Positions 23,797 to 37,399 of a stretch of 64,000 nt of DNA are shown piece by piece (position 1 is the first letter of the stretch; each line of letters begins with the position of its first letter). The position numbers and the translations under genes are program-made. The notes beneath the pieces are model-generated. The model ran no database searches, was not told where the DNA came from, and saw only the letters and a list, made by a program, of their open reading frames with translations. Location of the stretch: NCBI GenBank assembly GCA_034780895.1, contig JAUZTB010000107.1, positions 62,397,342-62,461,341 on the forward strand, read 5' to 3'. This DNA comes from Rhynchobatus australiae. Taxonomy: Eukaryota.

Positions 23797-26700
23797 TATA
23801 CACATATAGGTAAACATAGGTAGAGCAAAGCACATGTGACGCTGGTAGAGAGAGGGATGAGGTCCTGCAGTGTGAATATAGGGAGCTGGGAAGAAGTTAA
23901 AAAGCAGGATCTCAAAGATAGTAGTCTCTGGATTCCAGTGCCATGTGCTAGTGAGGGTAAGAATAGGAGGATCTGGCAAATAAATGTGNNNNNNNNNNNN
24001 NNNNNNNNNNNNNNNNNNNNNNNNNNNNNNNNNNNNNNNNNNNNNNNNNNNNNNNNNNNNNNNNNNNNNNNNNNNNNNNNNNNNNNNNAGACTGAAAAAT
24101 TGGTGTCGGGGCAGGTATTCAGATTTTTAGACCATTGGGATCTCTTCTAGGGCAGAGGTGACCTGTGCAAGAGGGACAGGTTACATCTGAACTTGAGAGA
24201 ACCAATATCCTGGAAGGCAGATTTCCTAGTGCTACTTGGGTGGGTTGAAACTAGATTGGCAGAGGGGTGGCATCCCTAGCAACAGAGAGGCAAGTGAGAG
24301 GCTGGACAGTGATGCAGAAGTCAGTGAAAGCAAGTTGAATAGGCGTGACAGGTAGGAGAATGGCAGGGTGCGAGTAAAGCCTATTGGAATAAATTGCATT
24401 TATTTCAGTGCAAGAAGTCTGATAGGGAAGATGGATGAACTTAGCACTTGGATAGCTACGTGGAACTGGGACAATATAGCCATTATAGAAATGTGACTAA
24501 GGGAGGGACAGGACTGGCAGCTTGATGTTCCAGGGTACAGGTGCTTTAGGTGAGATAGAGGTGGAGGAAAGAGAGGCGGGGTGAGTTGCACTTTTGATTA
24601 AGGGGAATGTCACAGCTGTAGTCAGGGATAAAATTACTGAAGGATCATCCAGTGAGGCTTTATAGGTGGAGCTGAGAAATAAGAAGGGGATGATCACACT
24701 GTTGGGATTGTACTATAGGCCCCCAGATAGTCAACAAGAATCAGAAGAACAAATATGCAGGGAAATTTTGCGTAATAGGGTTGACATAGTTGGGGATTTT
24801 AACTTTCCTAACATAGGCTGGGACTGCCATACTGTTAAGGGCTTAGATGGGGTAGAATTTGTTAAATGCATTCAGGAAAATTTCTTTGGGCAATATATAG
24901 AGGGCAAAGCTCAAACTAATCTTGAGTAATAGGGCGGGGCAAATGACTGAGGTGACGGTGGGGGTGCATTTAGGGACTAGTGACCATAGTTCTATTAGTT
25001 TTAAAATAGTTATAGGAAGGGACAGAACTGGTTCTAAATTGGGGCACGGCAAATTTTGACGGTATGAGACAGGAGCTTACAAAGGTTGATCGGAGTAGGT
25101 TGGTTGTGGGCAAAGGGACCACAGGCAAGTGGAAAGCTTTTAAAGGTGAGATAGTGAGAGCTCAAGGTCTGCATGTTCCTGTTAGAGTGAAGGGCAAGGC
25201 TGGTGGGGGAGACACCTGGATGAAGAGAGATATTGAGGCCTTGGCCAGGACAAAGAAGGAGGCATGGGTCAAATGCAGGCAGCTCGGATTAAGTGATTCC
25301 CTGGAGGAGTATAAGGGATGCAGGAGGGTACTCAAGAAGGAAATCAGGAGGGCAAAAAGGGCGCATGAGATAACATTGGCAGAGAAAATTAAGGAAAATC
25401 TGTAGAGATTCTATATATAGTAGGGGAAAAAGAGTAACTAGGGAGAGAGAATAGGGTCCCTCAAAGACCAAAAGGGGATACCTTTGTGTGGAGCCATAGG
25501 AGATGGGCAAGGTCCTTAATGAATATTTGGTTTTACCATGGAGGAAGACATGAAGACTTCAGAGCAAGTAAATGGGGAGGTCTTGGGGATCATCTGCATT
25601 ACAGTAGAGGAGATGCTGGATGTCTTGAAATGTATGAAGATAGACAAATCTCCAGGGCTTGACCAGGTATATCCAAGAACACTGTGGGAGGCTAGAGAAG
25701 AAATGGTGGGAGCCCTGGCTGAGATATTTGCATCATCATTAGCCACTGGTGAGATGCCATTAGACTGGAGGGTAGTGAATGCTTTGCTTTTATTTGAGAA
25801 GTGGGACAAAGAAAAACCTGGGAGCTTTAGGCCAGTAAGTCTAACATCTGTGAGAGGTAAATTACAGGAGAGGATTTGAGGGATAAGATACATGTACTTC
25901 TGGAAAGAAGGATTGATTAGGGGTAGTCAGTGTGACTTTGTACATGGGAGATCATGTCTGATGAACTTGATTGAGTTTTTTTGATAACTAAGAAAGTTGA
26001 TGTGGGAAGGGTAGTAAATGTAGTTTATATGGACTTCAGTCAGGCCTTTGATAAGCTTCCACATGGTAGGCTGCTCTGGAAGGTTAGATTGCATGGAATC
26101 CAGGGAGAGCGGGCTAATTAGATGCACAATTGGCTTGAAGGTAGAAAGCAGAGAGTGATGGTGGAAGGTTGTTCCTCGGACTGGAGGTCAGTGACTAGTG
26201 GTGTGCCTCGGGTTGGTGCTGGGCCCTTTGTATATCAGAAATTTGGATGAGATTGGTTAGTACGTTTGCAGATGACACTAAAATAGGTGGTATAGTGGAC
26301 AATGAAAAAGGTTATCAAAAATTACAGGGAATCTTGATTAGCTGAGTAAGTGGGTCAAGGAATGGCAAATGGAGGTTAATTCAGATTGTGAAGTGTTGCA
26401 TTTTGGAATGTCAAATCCAGATAGGACTTTCACAGTGAACAGCAGGGCCCTGGGAAGTGTTCTAGAACAGAGGGACCTTGGAGTACAAGTACATGGTTCA
26501 CTGAAAGTGGAGTCACAGATAGACAGGGTAGCGAAGAAGGGTGGCCTTCATAAGTCAGGGCACTGAGTATAAAAGTTGGGAGGTCATGGTGCAGTTGTAC
26601 AGGATGCTAGCGAGGTCACACTTGGAGTATTGTGTTCAGTTTTGGTCGCCCTGCTACAGGAAAGTTGTTATTAAACTGGAAAGAGTGCAGAAAAGATTTA

Positions 26701-27158
26701 CAAGGATGCTGCCAGAACTTGAGGGACTGACTTGTAGGGAGAGGTTGGACAGGGTAGGACTTTATTCCTTGGAGCGTAGGAGACTGAAAGGTGATCTTAT
26801 AGAGGTGTATAAAATCATGAGGGGCATAGATAGGGTGAATGCACACAGTCTTTCTCCCAGAGTTGGGGAATCTAGAACTAGAGAATATAGGTTTAAGGTC
26901 AGAGGGGAAAGATTTAATAGGAACTTGAGGGGCAACTTTTTTTATACGAAGGGTGGTATCTGCTGCCAGAGGAAGTGGTTGAGGCAAGTACAATAACAAC
27001 TTTTAAAAGGCAGTTCGGCAGGTACATGGATTAGAAAGGTTTAGAAGATTATGGGCCAAACGCTGGCAAATGGGGCTAGTTTGGATGGGGCATCTAGGTT
27101 GGCATAGACCAGTTGGGCCAAAGGGCCTGTTTCCATGCTGTGTAACTCTATGACTCTA
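23797..27158 (+). mobile_element. Long 5'-truncated CR1 LINE: ORF1 esterase end, whole ORF2 (APE plus RT) with stops and frameshifts, 3' tail
   Basis: ORF pieces GLYYRPP...IVGDFNFP, DKSPGLDQVYPR...FRPVSLTS, FADDTKIGG and LEYCVQFWSP...LERVQKRFTRM. The terminus is GGGCCTGTTTCCATGCTGTGTAACTCTATGACTCTA. Confidence 0.95.
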
Positions 27159-29769
27159 CAAATAGCTTTCTATGCAAATCACCTTGGGTACCAAACACTG
27201 TTTATAATAGAGGTCCATGTGCACTTTACTTTGGAGGGCAGATCTGAAAGTTTCACATTGAACAGGCAATTGTTTCAAAAAAACTCAAAAGTTATCAATG
27301 TTATTCTGGATTCAAAAATGTTTATCTTCCTTTAAATATCATAAATCTCAAGAGCAGATAATAAGGATTCTCAAAAAAAATCAAACAAGTGTCCAGAATG
27401 AAAACATATCCATCTATTTTTCTCTCTCATGCATTTTAAGATGAGTTTAACTGCACATGGGGGTAGGTTGAAAACTATTGCTGGCAGTTCACAAAGAATA
27501 GGTGGGGCAATTTTTGGTGTCCTGTTCAATTCTTCCTTCAACCAGCATCACCACAGCAGATGATCTGGTTGTTTACTGCATATCTGTGGGCAGATTGGCT
27601 TTAGTGACAACTAAAGTTAGAAGTTAATGAGCCTCTGGAAATTTGCAGAAAGGGGGGAGGGNNNNNNNNNNNNNNNNNNNNNNNTATATTATTTTGTTGT
27701 CTAATTTATTTTGCAACATTCTAGTATTGAAAATATATCAGGAAAAAATTGTAATCTCTGAATGTGGCCAAATGAATGGTTTCCAAAAAATGTAAGAATT
27801 GGGATCCTATCTACATTGCAGAATGAAAGTGCAGCCCAGTTTCAGTCAATATAGACAAAATTGCAGAAAAAGAATATTGGCTTTTTTTATTACTAGCATA
27901 AATTTTGCAAAAGTCAGTATGCTAGTCGTTTCTGGGAGGATAAACAGCTTAATCTACCTTGATAATTCTTCTGTGTATTAACAACTATCTGTACTTGCCA
28001 ATAACGTCATTGCGTCTCCTGTTGAGAAGCAGATGCTGTCCTTAGGTTGTTATTCATCACTCGGTACTCTGGACTGGGGAATGAGCAGGGCAGCACTGAT
28101 GGCCTGGAGAGGGTGGGTGGTAGGGACTGCTTTGCTCCATCTCACATTGGCCCCAAATCTTGGCCCAATCCAACACTGAGACTGCACCTCATCAGCAACT
28201 CACTGCAACCTCTGCAAGCAGTCCAGCTTGCCCAGTGTTTATCCTGCCCTCAGATGGCACTGACCTGGGTGCGCATGCTGGGATCCCTCTGTATGATTTT
28301 CCTCCAGCCTCATGCAGCCGCCCCTTGCTCTCACTTTCTGGACTGGGTCTCCAGTGCGTGAGGGAATTGGCTTAAGTGGCACGTGGGAGCGATGACCCAG
28401 ACCAAAAAAATCCATTACAATTTGGGTAGGCTTTGGACCAGAATGGATTCAAATTTCTAATTGAGAAATAGAGGTCATCCCAGAAGGTTGTTAGCTAATT
28501 ATAGTCTCTGAATCATCATAGGTTTGAAATTAAACAGGAACTGGTGGTTTACTGCTTTGTAGGTACATTTCACATATTCCAGCACTGTTGCTCCACAGGT
28601 TTGTTGATCCAGCATAAATTACTGGGAGTTTAGATTTGCAGATACATTGTTTGAAGGACTTTAAGTCACCTGCATTTATTATTTGTTTAGTTACTCCTTT
28701 TAGATGAAACACCAAGGCAAAACTTACTGACGTTATCAGGTGATTCAGTTGCTTTTCATGACATGAAATGTAACCACTTGCATAATGCAATAAAATGAAT
28801 AACTGAAGACAGGATTGTAGATGTGTTGATTTAAGACTTCCATTTGTCCTTACTCAACAGGCTGCTTTGTGCTTCTTTCAGACAAATGTCTTACCACATA
28901 GGAGGGATGTGATTGTGCATTGAAATCAAAGGAGGGCTGGCAGTCTCGCAGCAGTATTATAAATATTGCCTGCCCTTCTAATGCAATGAATGAGTGTTGT
29001 ATCTTTAAGAGGATGCAAGCTGAGGGGGAGACAATAAAATACAACGTGAGAGAAAAACAATGCAAAAGAAAACCCTATTTTGGCTAGCAAGTTAGTTAAT
29101 TTCCATTTGAAATGTTTTCCTGTGATTCTATGCTCCCTTAATTTAATAAAGTAAAAATTGATATTTATGTTGTGCTTAAAAGGTAGGAAAACACCTCAAG
29201 GCACATTAATTCAGTGTTAGGCCCAAACACAGGAGAAAGGAAACCAACAGAGGGGGGTGAAGAAGCTGGTGGATCTTAAGGGCCCTTGAAGAGGGATGAA
29301 ATGTGGAAGAGTGGGGTTGAGGGTACCAGTTCTAGAAAGTGTTGAAAAGCTAATTGCAAGCTGTCTGGACAAAGGGAATAGGGAATAGCAACAGTCCAAA
29401 GCTTCAGGCTCCAGTGTGGAGTGTTTGAGATGGGATTTAAAGCTGGAGATGGTGGGAGCACTCAGTCTATCCAAAGTACGTCTCAGTGATTTTTAAAAGA
29501 ACATGCTGCATTCCACATTGTGATATTGATGGCTGCAGGAATCTTTGCTTGTAAGCTTATAGATCTGTATTGAGGTTCTCATCTCCCACAGTGTGATTTG
29601 GATGCACTACACTAACATTGATCAATTTCTGATAAATCTCATGGATTTTTGATTGTAAATTGAAACTGATTTAGGTTAACACTTGAACATGATCATTGAG
29701 AATGTTACATGTTGTACACATTACTGACCTTAAATATTATGAAGCAGGTTTATAGAACTGTGACAAGAA

Positions 29770-30607
29770 GATCCTTTACAGTGTTGATGAACGGAGGGAT
29801 CTTGGGGTCCAGGAACATAGCTCCCTAAAAGAGGCTGCACATGTTGATGGAGTGGTAAAGTATGCATATGACATGCTTGCCTTCATTATTGGAGGCATTG
29901 AGTTCAAGAGCCGGGAAGTTATGTTATAGCTTTATAAAACTCTGGTTAGGCCACATATAGAGTATTGCGCTCAATTCTGGTTGCCTCATTATGGGAAGGA
30001 TGTGGAAGCTTTGGAGAGGATGTAGGAGAGATTTACCAGGATGCTGCCTGGTTTGGGGGGCAGGTGCTATNNNNNNNNNNAGGGGAGATTTGATAGATGT
30101 TTAAAAGATTATGTGAGGAAAAGGTAGAGTAAACAGCCAGTATCTTTTTCCCAGGATTGATGTGTCTAGTACTAGAGGGCATGTTTTTAAGGTGAGTGAG
30201 GGAAAGTACAAAGAAGATTATCGAAGCAATTTTTTTTTACAGAGAAAGTGATGGGGGCTTGGAATGCACTGCCAGGGGTGGTGGTAGAGGCAGATAGCAT
30301 AGGAGCATTTAAGAGACTCTTAGGCACATGAATATGCAGTGAAGGGAGGGATATGGTCAATATTGCAGGAAAGAGGGANNNNNNNNNNNNNNNNNNNNNN
30401 NNNNNNNNNNNNNNNNNNNNNNNNNNNNNNNNNNNNNNNNNNNNNNNNNNNNNNNNNNNNNNNNNNNNNNNNNNNNNNTTCAGTCTTGTACCAGTGTGCC
30501 CCATTTGGGTTCTCTGTGAGCTTGCTCTTTGCTCAACATTGTGACAAGTTTGGTAAAACATTGTGGGCCAAAGGTCCTGTCCTGTGTTGTACTGTAGTAG
30601 GTTTTAA
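29770..30607 (+). mobile_element. CR1 LINE 3' fragment
   Basis: RDLGVQEH, YKTLVRPHIEYCAQFW motifs and a GGGCCAAAGGTCCTGTCCTGTG tail. Confidence 0.85.
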
Positions 30608-31260
30608 GATTGAGGGAATTGAGATAAACAGTATGAAGCTAGGTTGACTATATGGGACTTGTTCCCATGGATCATAGACTGTGAAAAGATTGTAACTTAC
30701 ATTTATGACAATGGACAGAAGAGAGAGTGACCAAGTTTTATTTAGTTAGTTATTAATATTTCAGGATCTTAGTACTGCTGCAAAGGGCAGCGTTTATCAC
30801 CCATTTCTAAATGCTCTTGAGAAGTTGATGGTAAATTGCCTTCTTAAACTGCTGCAGTCCTTGAACCAAAGTGTGATTATTTGCTTTACAATTAAATCAC
30901 TTTGAGCACTTATTTAACAGTATGATATTTTGATAGCCACAGTGGACTAATAGACCATTAACTCTTGTCTCTTGCTTTGCAATATCTGCAGGTGAACTAA
31001 CATAGCAAAATATATTTGGGTTCTTCAGCAGTAAATTTGTTTTATTGATGATAATGTTTAAGANNNNNNNNNNNNNNNNNNNNNNNNNNNNNNNNNNNNN
31101 NNNNNNNNNNNNNNNNNNNNNNNNNNNNNNNNNNNNNNNNNNNNNNNNNNNNNNNNNNNNNNNNNNNNNNNNNNNNNNNNNNNNNNNNNNNNNNNNNNNN
31201 NNNNNNNNNNNNNNNNNNNNNNNNNNNNNNNNNNNNNNNNNNNNNNNNNNNNNNNNNNNN

Positions 31261-31825
31261 TGGGATATTATGTAACAGTTGTACAAGATGTTGGTGAGGC
31301 TGCATTTGGAATATTGTGTTCAGTTTTGGTCACCGTGCTACAGGAAAGATGCCATTAGGATGGAAAGAGTATAGAGGAGATTTAAGAGGATGTTGCTGAG
31401 ACGTGAGGGACTGAATTATGGAGAGAGGTTGAGCAGGTTGGAACTGTTTTTGTTGGAGCGTAGGAGAATGAGGGGTGATCTTAAAGGTGTATATCATGAG
31501 GGGCATAAATAGGGTCAATTCCCAAGGTTGGAATCAAGAACTAGAGGGCATTGGTTTAAGGTGAGAGGGGAGAGATTTAGTAGGAGCCTGAGAGGCAACT
31601 TTTCACTGAGAAGGTGATCAGTATATGGAATGAGCTGCTAGAGGAAGTGGTTGCGGCAGGTTGATTAACAATATTTAAAAGGTACTGAAACATGTACATG
31701 GATAGGAAAGGTTTAGAGGGATAGGGACCAAAAGCAGGAAAATGGGACTAGTTGGGATGGGAATCTTGGTCAGCATGGACCAGTTGGGCTGAAGGGCTGT
31801 TGCATGCTGTGTGACTCTATGACGA
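31261..31825 (+). mobile_element. CR1 LINE 3' fragment
   Basis: LYKMLVRLHLEYCVQFWSPCYRKD motif and a GGGCTGAAGGGCTG...TGACTCTATGA tail. Confidence 0.88.
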
Positions 31826-32570
31826 TTGCTTATTTCTATAGTGTTAATTACACCATTGGAGTTGCACTATGATTTATGCAGCTACTACATGTGTATCAGT
31901 GAGAACTATTCATAACTTTCAGATTGAATCATTGAGTGATTTAGGATTAGTTTGGTTCCTATAGGAAACAGAGATCTTACATTTATGTAGCACCATTCAT
32001 AGTGTTGTAATGCTCCACCATGTAACAGTACAGTCATCATAGGTCCTGTTTGAAGGTGATCTACTTCCCAAGACACTGCATTGTAAAAACATCACATGTG
32101 AGCAATAGCAGCACCTACAGTTATTCTTTTATTCTATTCCTGGCTTTCTGCTCCATCAGATGCGGTTTGTGATGCACTGTCTCAACAGCTGGAAAAAGAA
32201 CATTTTAAACATGCAAATCATTTCATTTTGCACAAGATTAGATGTTAAATATAATCTCAACTATTTGATTTTCTTTGATCTTGGGAAGGAGACTTTGTAG
32301 GTGAAGTCAGTCTTTGTGGTTCATCCCGAGCAACTCCATAATGTTAGCCCTGTAATTGTTATTTTGAAAGATGGAAGAAAGAGGGGTGTGGGAAGAGAAG
32401 TTGAGGCTTGGAGCAGATCAGTCAATGATCATGTTGAGTGTGGGGAGGGAGGGAAGGTTTGAAGGGCCTGGTGACCTACTCCTGCTCCTAATATCTTGTA
32501 TTCTTGTGTATTCTGTCACATTGAATGGCTCTCTGGGCCACTTCAGAGGGTAGTTAAGAGCCAACCATTA

Positions 32571-32870
32571 CAAAGTCAAAGTTGATTGTCCGATGCAGGA
32601 GTGCATGCAAGCACAGGTGCAATGCAATACCTGCAGCAGTGTTACAAGCACATAGCATTAGAGACACAACAATAACAAGAAAAACATGCATAAAACATAA
32701 ATTAGACAAAATTATACAAGGAAGAAAACAATTGGAGCAAACAAAAANNNNNNNNNNNNNNNNNNNNNNNNNNNNNNNNNNNNNNNNNNNNNNNNNNNNN
32801 NNNNNNNNNNNNNNNNNNNNNNNNNNNNNNNNNNNNNNNNNNNNNNNCAATTGGAGCAAACAAAAAACAA
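32571..32870 (-). mobile_element. Rex1/Babar-type 3' UTR remnant
   Basis: CAAAGTCAAAG...GCACAGGTGCAATG...GCACATAGCAT is similar to 59567-59830. Confidence 0.7.
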
Positions 32871-33362
32871 AGCAAACCTTGGTGTGGGACAGAAATCACG
32901 GATAAACCACACTGGGTAAAGTAGAAGTTTCCTTCTTGAAAGGACATTAAGGAGGCAGGTGGGGTTTCAGGACAATCAGACAGCTTTATGGTTGCTTTGT
33001 GATCTCTGTAATGATATTCCAATATGCCATCCTCTGGACTTGGAAATAAAGGACTGGATTGAGGACCCAACGTGCTCCACTATACACCTTGTAATTGCAG
33101 CCTGCTGACTCCTACGTTGTGCTGGTGGAATCGTCATGCAAGATGGTCATGTGACTGGTCTGTGCATTCACTGAAGACATTACTCCCTTTGTTTCACAGA
33201 TGATTGACATGGAGCATTTCATGGGTGTCCTTTATGTGTCCTCTCACTGATTTTTTTGCCCCCCCCCAGATGGAAGAGGACAGATTGGGGAAATGTCATC
33301 TGGGTTTCCACATCAATCATCAAGGAGGAAATGAAACTCTGAAAAACTTTAGAAACATTTTT

Positions 33363-33518
33363 GAGATGCATGAGACTGCAGATGTTGGAAATCTGAAGCA
33401 ACAAAAAACAAACTGCTGGAGGAACTCGGCGAGTCAAGCAACATCTGTGGAGAGAAATGGTCCATTTTCCTCCACAGATGCTGCCTGACCTGTTGAATTC
33501 CTCCAGAAGCTTGTTTTT
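33363..33518. repeat. Fold-back (head-to-head) Penelope pseudo-LTR pair
   Basis: CTGCTGGAGGAACTC...CATCTGTGGAGAGAAATGG-T-CCATTTTCCTCCACAGATG...GAATTCCTCCAGAAG forms an imperfect inverted repeat centred at 33461. Confidence 0.8.
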
Positions 33519-33569
33519 ATGCTTAAAAATATTTTAGTAAATATTAAGACCAGCTTTTGTCTCTTAATT

Positions 33570-33742
33570 GAAAATCCAAACTACTGCAGGTGTGGGAAAT
33601 CTGTCCAGTAAATGTTAGAAGCACTCAGCACGTCAAGCAGCATTTCTGGAAAGGGAAATAAAGTTAATGTTTCAAGTTGAAGACACTTCATTTTTCTACG
33701 GATGCAGCCAAACCTGCTGAGTGTATCCATTTTTCATTTCAA
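33570..33742. repeat. Decayed inverted Penelope pseudo-LTR pair
   Basis: CACTCAGCACGTCAAGCAGCAT...GTTAATGTTTCA...GATGCAGCCAAACCTGCTGAGTG. Confidence 0.6.
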
Positions 33743-34675
33743 TCTTATAACTGTTTTCCCAAAATACCTCTTCCTTGTTGACTGCAGTTTTGTACATACA
33801 ATTATCTGGGCACACAATGTTCACACAGTTCACTTAGATTGCACCCAACCCATCCTGTCCATTGAATCCCAGACGGAGTCAGTGACTCCAGGAATGGCCA
33901 GGGTAGTGTCCCACCACTCAGCAGTCCAGTTGCATTGAGAAACCCTGGTGAACTGACTTGCTGAATAGCAGGGGCTGCTCACTGATTCCACCTCCTAAAG
34001 GCGCAGGAAGGACTGGCCTCATGGATGGGTGGGGTGGGGTGGGTTGGGGTTGGTGGATGGTCAGAAGGTGGCAGGCTAAGCATTGAGCAAATCTCCACTG
34101 ATTCAGCCCCTTTCCAACTAGAAGGAAAGGTAGGCACCAGAAGTTACTCCAGTAACTGCTGGTTGGTGGATTGGACAACCTAGCCAGAGCTGTTTCTCAT
34201 CTGCAGTGCGGTTCTTTAGTCTGATGGAATACTCAGTTAATCACCTATTAATGACTCACCCTCACAACAATAGCTTTTAAAATGCACTATTTATAATCCC
34301 AGGGAAGCTGGCAATGAGTCATCTTTAGCACAGGATGCTTGGCTGCTTTCAGATAAAAGTCATCTTCAATTTTTCAGGCTCACCATGCTTTGTGCATATT
34401 ATCTCACTTAAAAGGGCTTCACATGAACTTTTGTTGGTTAAGATCCTTTTGTTTATAGACAGGTAATGTGAGGTAATTAAATGCGTCAATTCGTTTTGCC
34501 GTGATGTGAATCAAGATCTTTTGACTTCTTGAGTAAAACATTTCAAATCTTCTTTAAAATAAAGTGATCAAAGGGCTGAGAGATTAATCTTTGAGTTGAC
34601 TCTATAAATTTATAATAAAAAAGATAAAATGCGAGAAATACTCAGCAGCTTCAGCAATATCTGTGGAAGGAGAAG

Positions 34676-34714
34676 CAGTTAACGTTTCAGGTCCAGGGGC
34701 CTTCTTCAGAACTG
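34676..34714 (-). ncRNA. Minimal type-I hammerhead ribozyme motif in a Penelope pseudo-LTR (pseudo-LTR ~34615-34780)
   Basis: Minus strand reads CAGUU-CUGAAGA-AGG-CCCCUGGA-CCU-GAAAC-GUU-AACUG: intact core, 5-bp stem I, 3-bp stem II, palindromic ACGU stem III and a GUU cleavage triplet. Confidence 0.72.
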
Positions 34715-35169
34715 GGTAAGAGAGAAAAATAAGTCAGTTTTCAGTAGCAGGAGGATAGGGTGAGACCAAGTGGACAACGGCAGCAGTTAGTATAGGAATT
34801 ACAAGCACATTATAATCTTTTGATGTGTAATGTTATATGTGTGTAAATGTATTCTACTTAATAATTTTCCCTGTTTTCTTTTACAAAATAGTGAGTTCTA
34901 GTTGGAGTGTTAATTCACAAGTACCAAGCCCAAGTGAACAATTTCACATTGACACCCGGCTATAGAATTTAGTTGAGTGTCCATGACTGAAGCCCAACAC
35001 AATGTTTCCTTTTTAATCCAGGGATCTGTAGATTATGAAAATGCCAAACCTTATCCCTGCCAACATCACCGCCTCATCCTGCCATAACGGTCCCACAAAC
35101 AGATCAACAAGCCCTAACCAATCAAAGATTCAATTTGGATCTTTCTGTGCTTCATGGTGTCACTAAGGA

Positions 35170-35570
35170 ATGGGACAGCCTAAACATTTCCAGAAATTGC
35201 ATGGATTATAACAAAAAGGACATGGATATGAAATGGAATGCAAAAGAGAGTTACAAGTTTTAATAATTTATTAAGAGCAGGAGAAAAAGCTATTAAACAG
35301 ATCTCATTGCCTTACCTAAGAGAGAACATAAGTTGTGATAAACTGACTACAACAGAGATACACAGATTGATTTATGCAGTGGTAGGTTTATTGTACGAGG
35401 AGAGGTTAAGGACATGGGCCTATACTTTCTTGAGAAAATGAGAGGTGATTCATTCAGGGATCTAAGGTTAGTGCAGGAAACTGGAACTAAAGTAAAAGAT
35501 CATCCATGATCATATTGAATGGCAATGTGAGGGCCAAGTGGCCTATTCTGCTTCTATATCTTGTGTTCTT
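35170..35570 (+). mobile_element. Decayed CR1 3' fragments
   Basis: TACGAGGAGAGGTTAAG...GAGAGGTGATT and GATCATATTGAATGG...GGCCTATTCTGCTTCTAT. Confidence 0.5.
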
Positions 35571-35792
35571 CTGTAGAATGTTGTAAAGCCATCTCTTGCC
35601 CTGCCAGAGAAAGTGGCTAAAGCCATAACCATGGTAACATAGAAGAAGGTATCAATTGAAAGGGAATTGTTGAATTCATAGAGTTTAAACATTGTTTATG
35701 TGCCCAACAAACACAACCACAGAGTTGCTGAGCCGCAGTATTAACATAATTTCAATGTAATATTCATTTTTGAAACCTATTGAGTATTAGGA

Positions 35793-35985
35793 ATAAAATC
35801 AGAAAATGCTGGAAACACACTGTAGGTCAGGTAGCATCTGTGGAAAGAGAAAAAGATTTGATGTTTAACATCCAAGACCCTTCATCATACTCTGTTTTTT
35901 CTTCCACAGATGCTTGTCTGACTGTTGAGTGTTTCTGGCATTTTCTATTTTATTTCAGATTTCCAGCATCTGCAGGTTTTGTTTT
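35793..35985. repeat. Inverted Penelope pseudo-LTR pair
   Basis: AGAAAATGCTGGAAACAC...GCATCTGTGGAAAG versus CTTCCACAGATGC...GTGTTTCTGGCATTTTCT...TTCCAGCATCTGCAG; a hammerhead remnant CCCTTCATCA lies in the centre. Confidence 0.75.
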
Positions 35986-36660
35986 GATTTGCATTTATTA
36001 ATATTTGGGAAACTTCCTGCTTGTGTGTGAGAGCAGAAATGGTGCATGGATGAAGATTGCATGGGTGAGAAGGGTTAATTACCTCAGCTCATTAACCCAC
36101 AGGCTCAGGCCAACAGGGAGGCTGTGGGTGTAATGTGCCCCATGGCCCATCAAGAGCCAGCCAGTCACCACGTGTCATGACCTAGTTGTACCTTTTTATT
36201 GTCATGACTATACTCCAGGACCCCACAGCATATGCTGAGAATCAGCCGGCTTTCTGTATACTCATCCGTTTTAAGCAGGTAACTGAAAGGCATCTTTCAC
36301 CACTTGACACTTGTGCAACAGCAGAAACAGCTCACCTTATTCCAAATGACTGCTTTCGCAAGTGGAGTGGGGGGCAGGGAGATTTCGTAACTGTTATTCA
36401 CCCTGCATCATCCTCCTGAGACAGCCTCCCACTACTTGCTTCCACTCCACTGCTGTGCAGTGGTAGTTGATGAGGCTAATGTAGGACCTATAAGCTGGGC
36501 AGAAGGAGCTTGATGGGGTAGGTAATTTGGGAGATGGTGCAGTCCTTCTGCTTTCTGTTCTGTGAGATTCTGTATGCTCCTGATGCATTGAGTCGAGCTT
36601 CTCACTGCCAACCCAAATACTACTTGCATCTTTGAGTGATCTTGGGCCAGGGAGTTCCCT

Positions 36661-37003
36661 GAATCATCAAGGCATACAGCTCATAAACAGGTCCTTTGGC
36701 CCACCAAATCTGCACTGACTATCAAATGCCCAATTACCTTAAACCTATCGTAACACATTTTATTCTCTGCACACTTCCATCAACCTTTCCTCCGACCTCC
36801 CCCAGATTCTACCTCCCATCTACAGACTTGGAGAGTTTACAGTGACTGATTAACTTTTCAACCCACACATTTTGGAAATGTCGGAGGAAACCAGAGTACC
36901 CAGAGGAAATCCTGGTGGTCACAGGGAAAATGTGCAAATTTCAGGCAGACAGCAGTGGAGGTCATAAAGGAACGAGGATTGCTGGCACTGTGAGGCAGCA
37001 GCT
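36661..37003 (-). mobile_element. HE1/V-SINE-like SINE
   Basis: AAACAGGTCCTTTGGCCCACC tail...GGAGGAAACCAGAGTACCCAGAGGAAATCC...TGTGAGGCAGCAGCT head, all reverse complement. Confidence 0.8.
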
Positions 37004-37399
37004 GTGATGGGGAGCCAATGGGGATGTTCTGTTTTCTCAGGGAGGCTTTGTGAATATCCATAAGTCTTTTGCTCTGCCTACTTGATAAACTCTTGCTGTA
37101 ACAGTGCTCAGAATATGGTAACTTTTTCAGTAGTCTGGTGTCAGGCATGAGAATAGCTTATCTTGGCCAATAGAGTCAACTGAGACTAACTGGGGCCATA
37201 GTGTGGGAGATGTTGCCCTGCCTCATGTCATGGTTGAAATATAATGGACTGTTGTTGATTCACTGGCAATACAAGTCTCTTCCTTCTGAGAAAATCATTC
37301 AACTCCTGTCGGGAGGTGAGGTGTTTAATCTAATCCAGGCAATTCTGACGCAACTCCTGGAAGAAGGTGTGACAGCGGTTTGGGAGTACAGCCGCGGGG

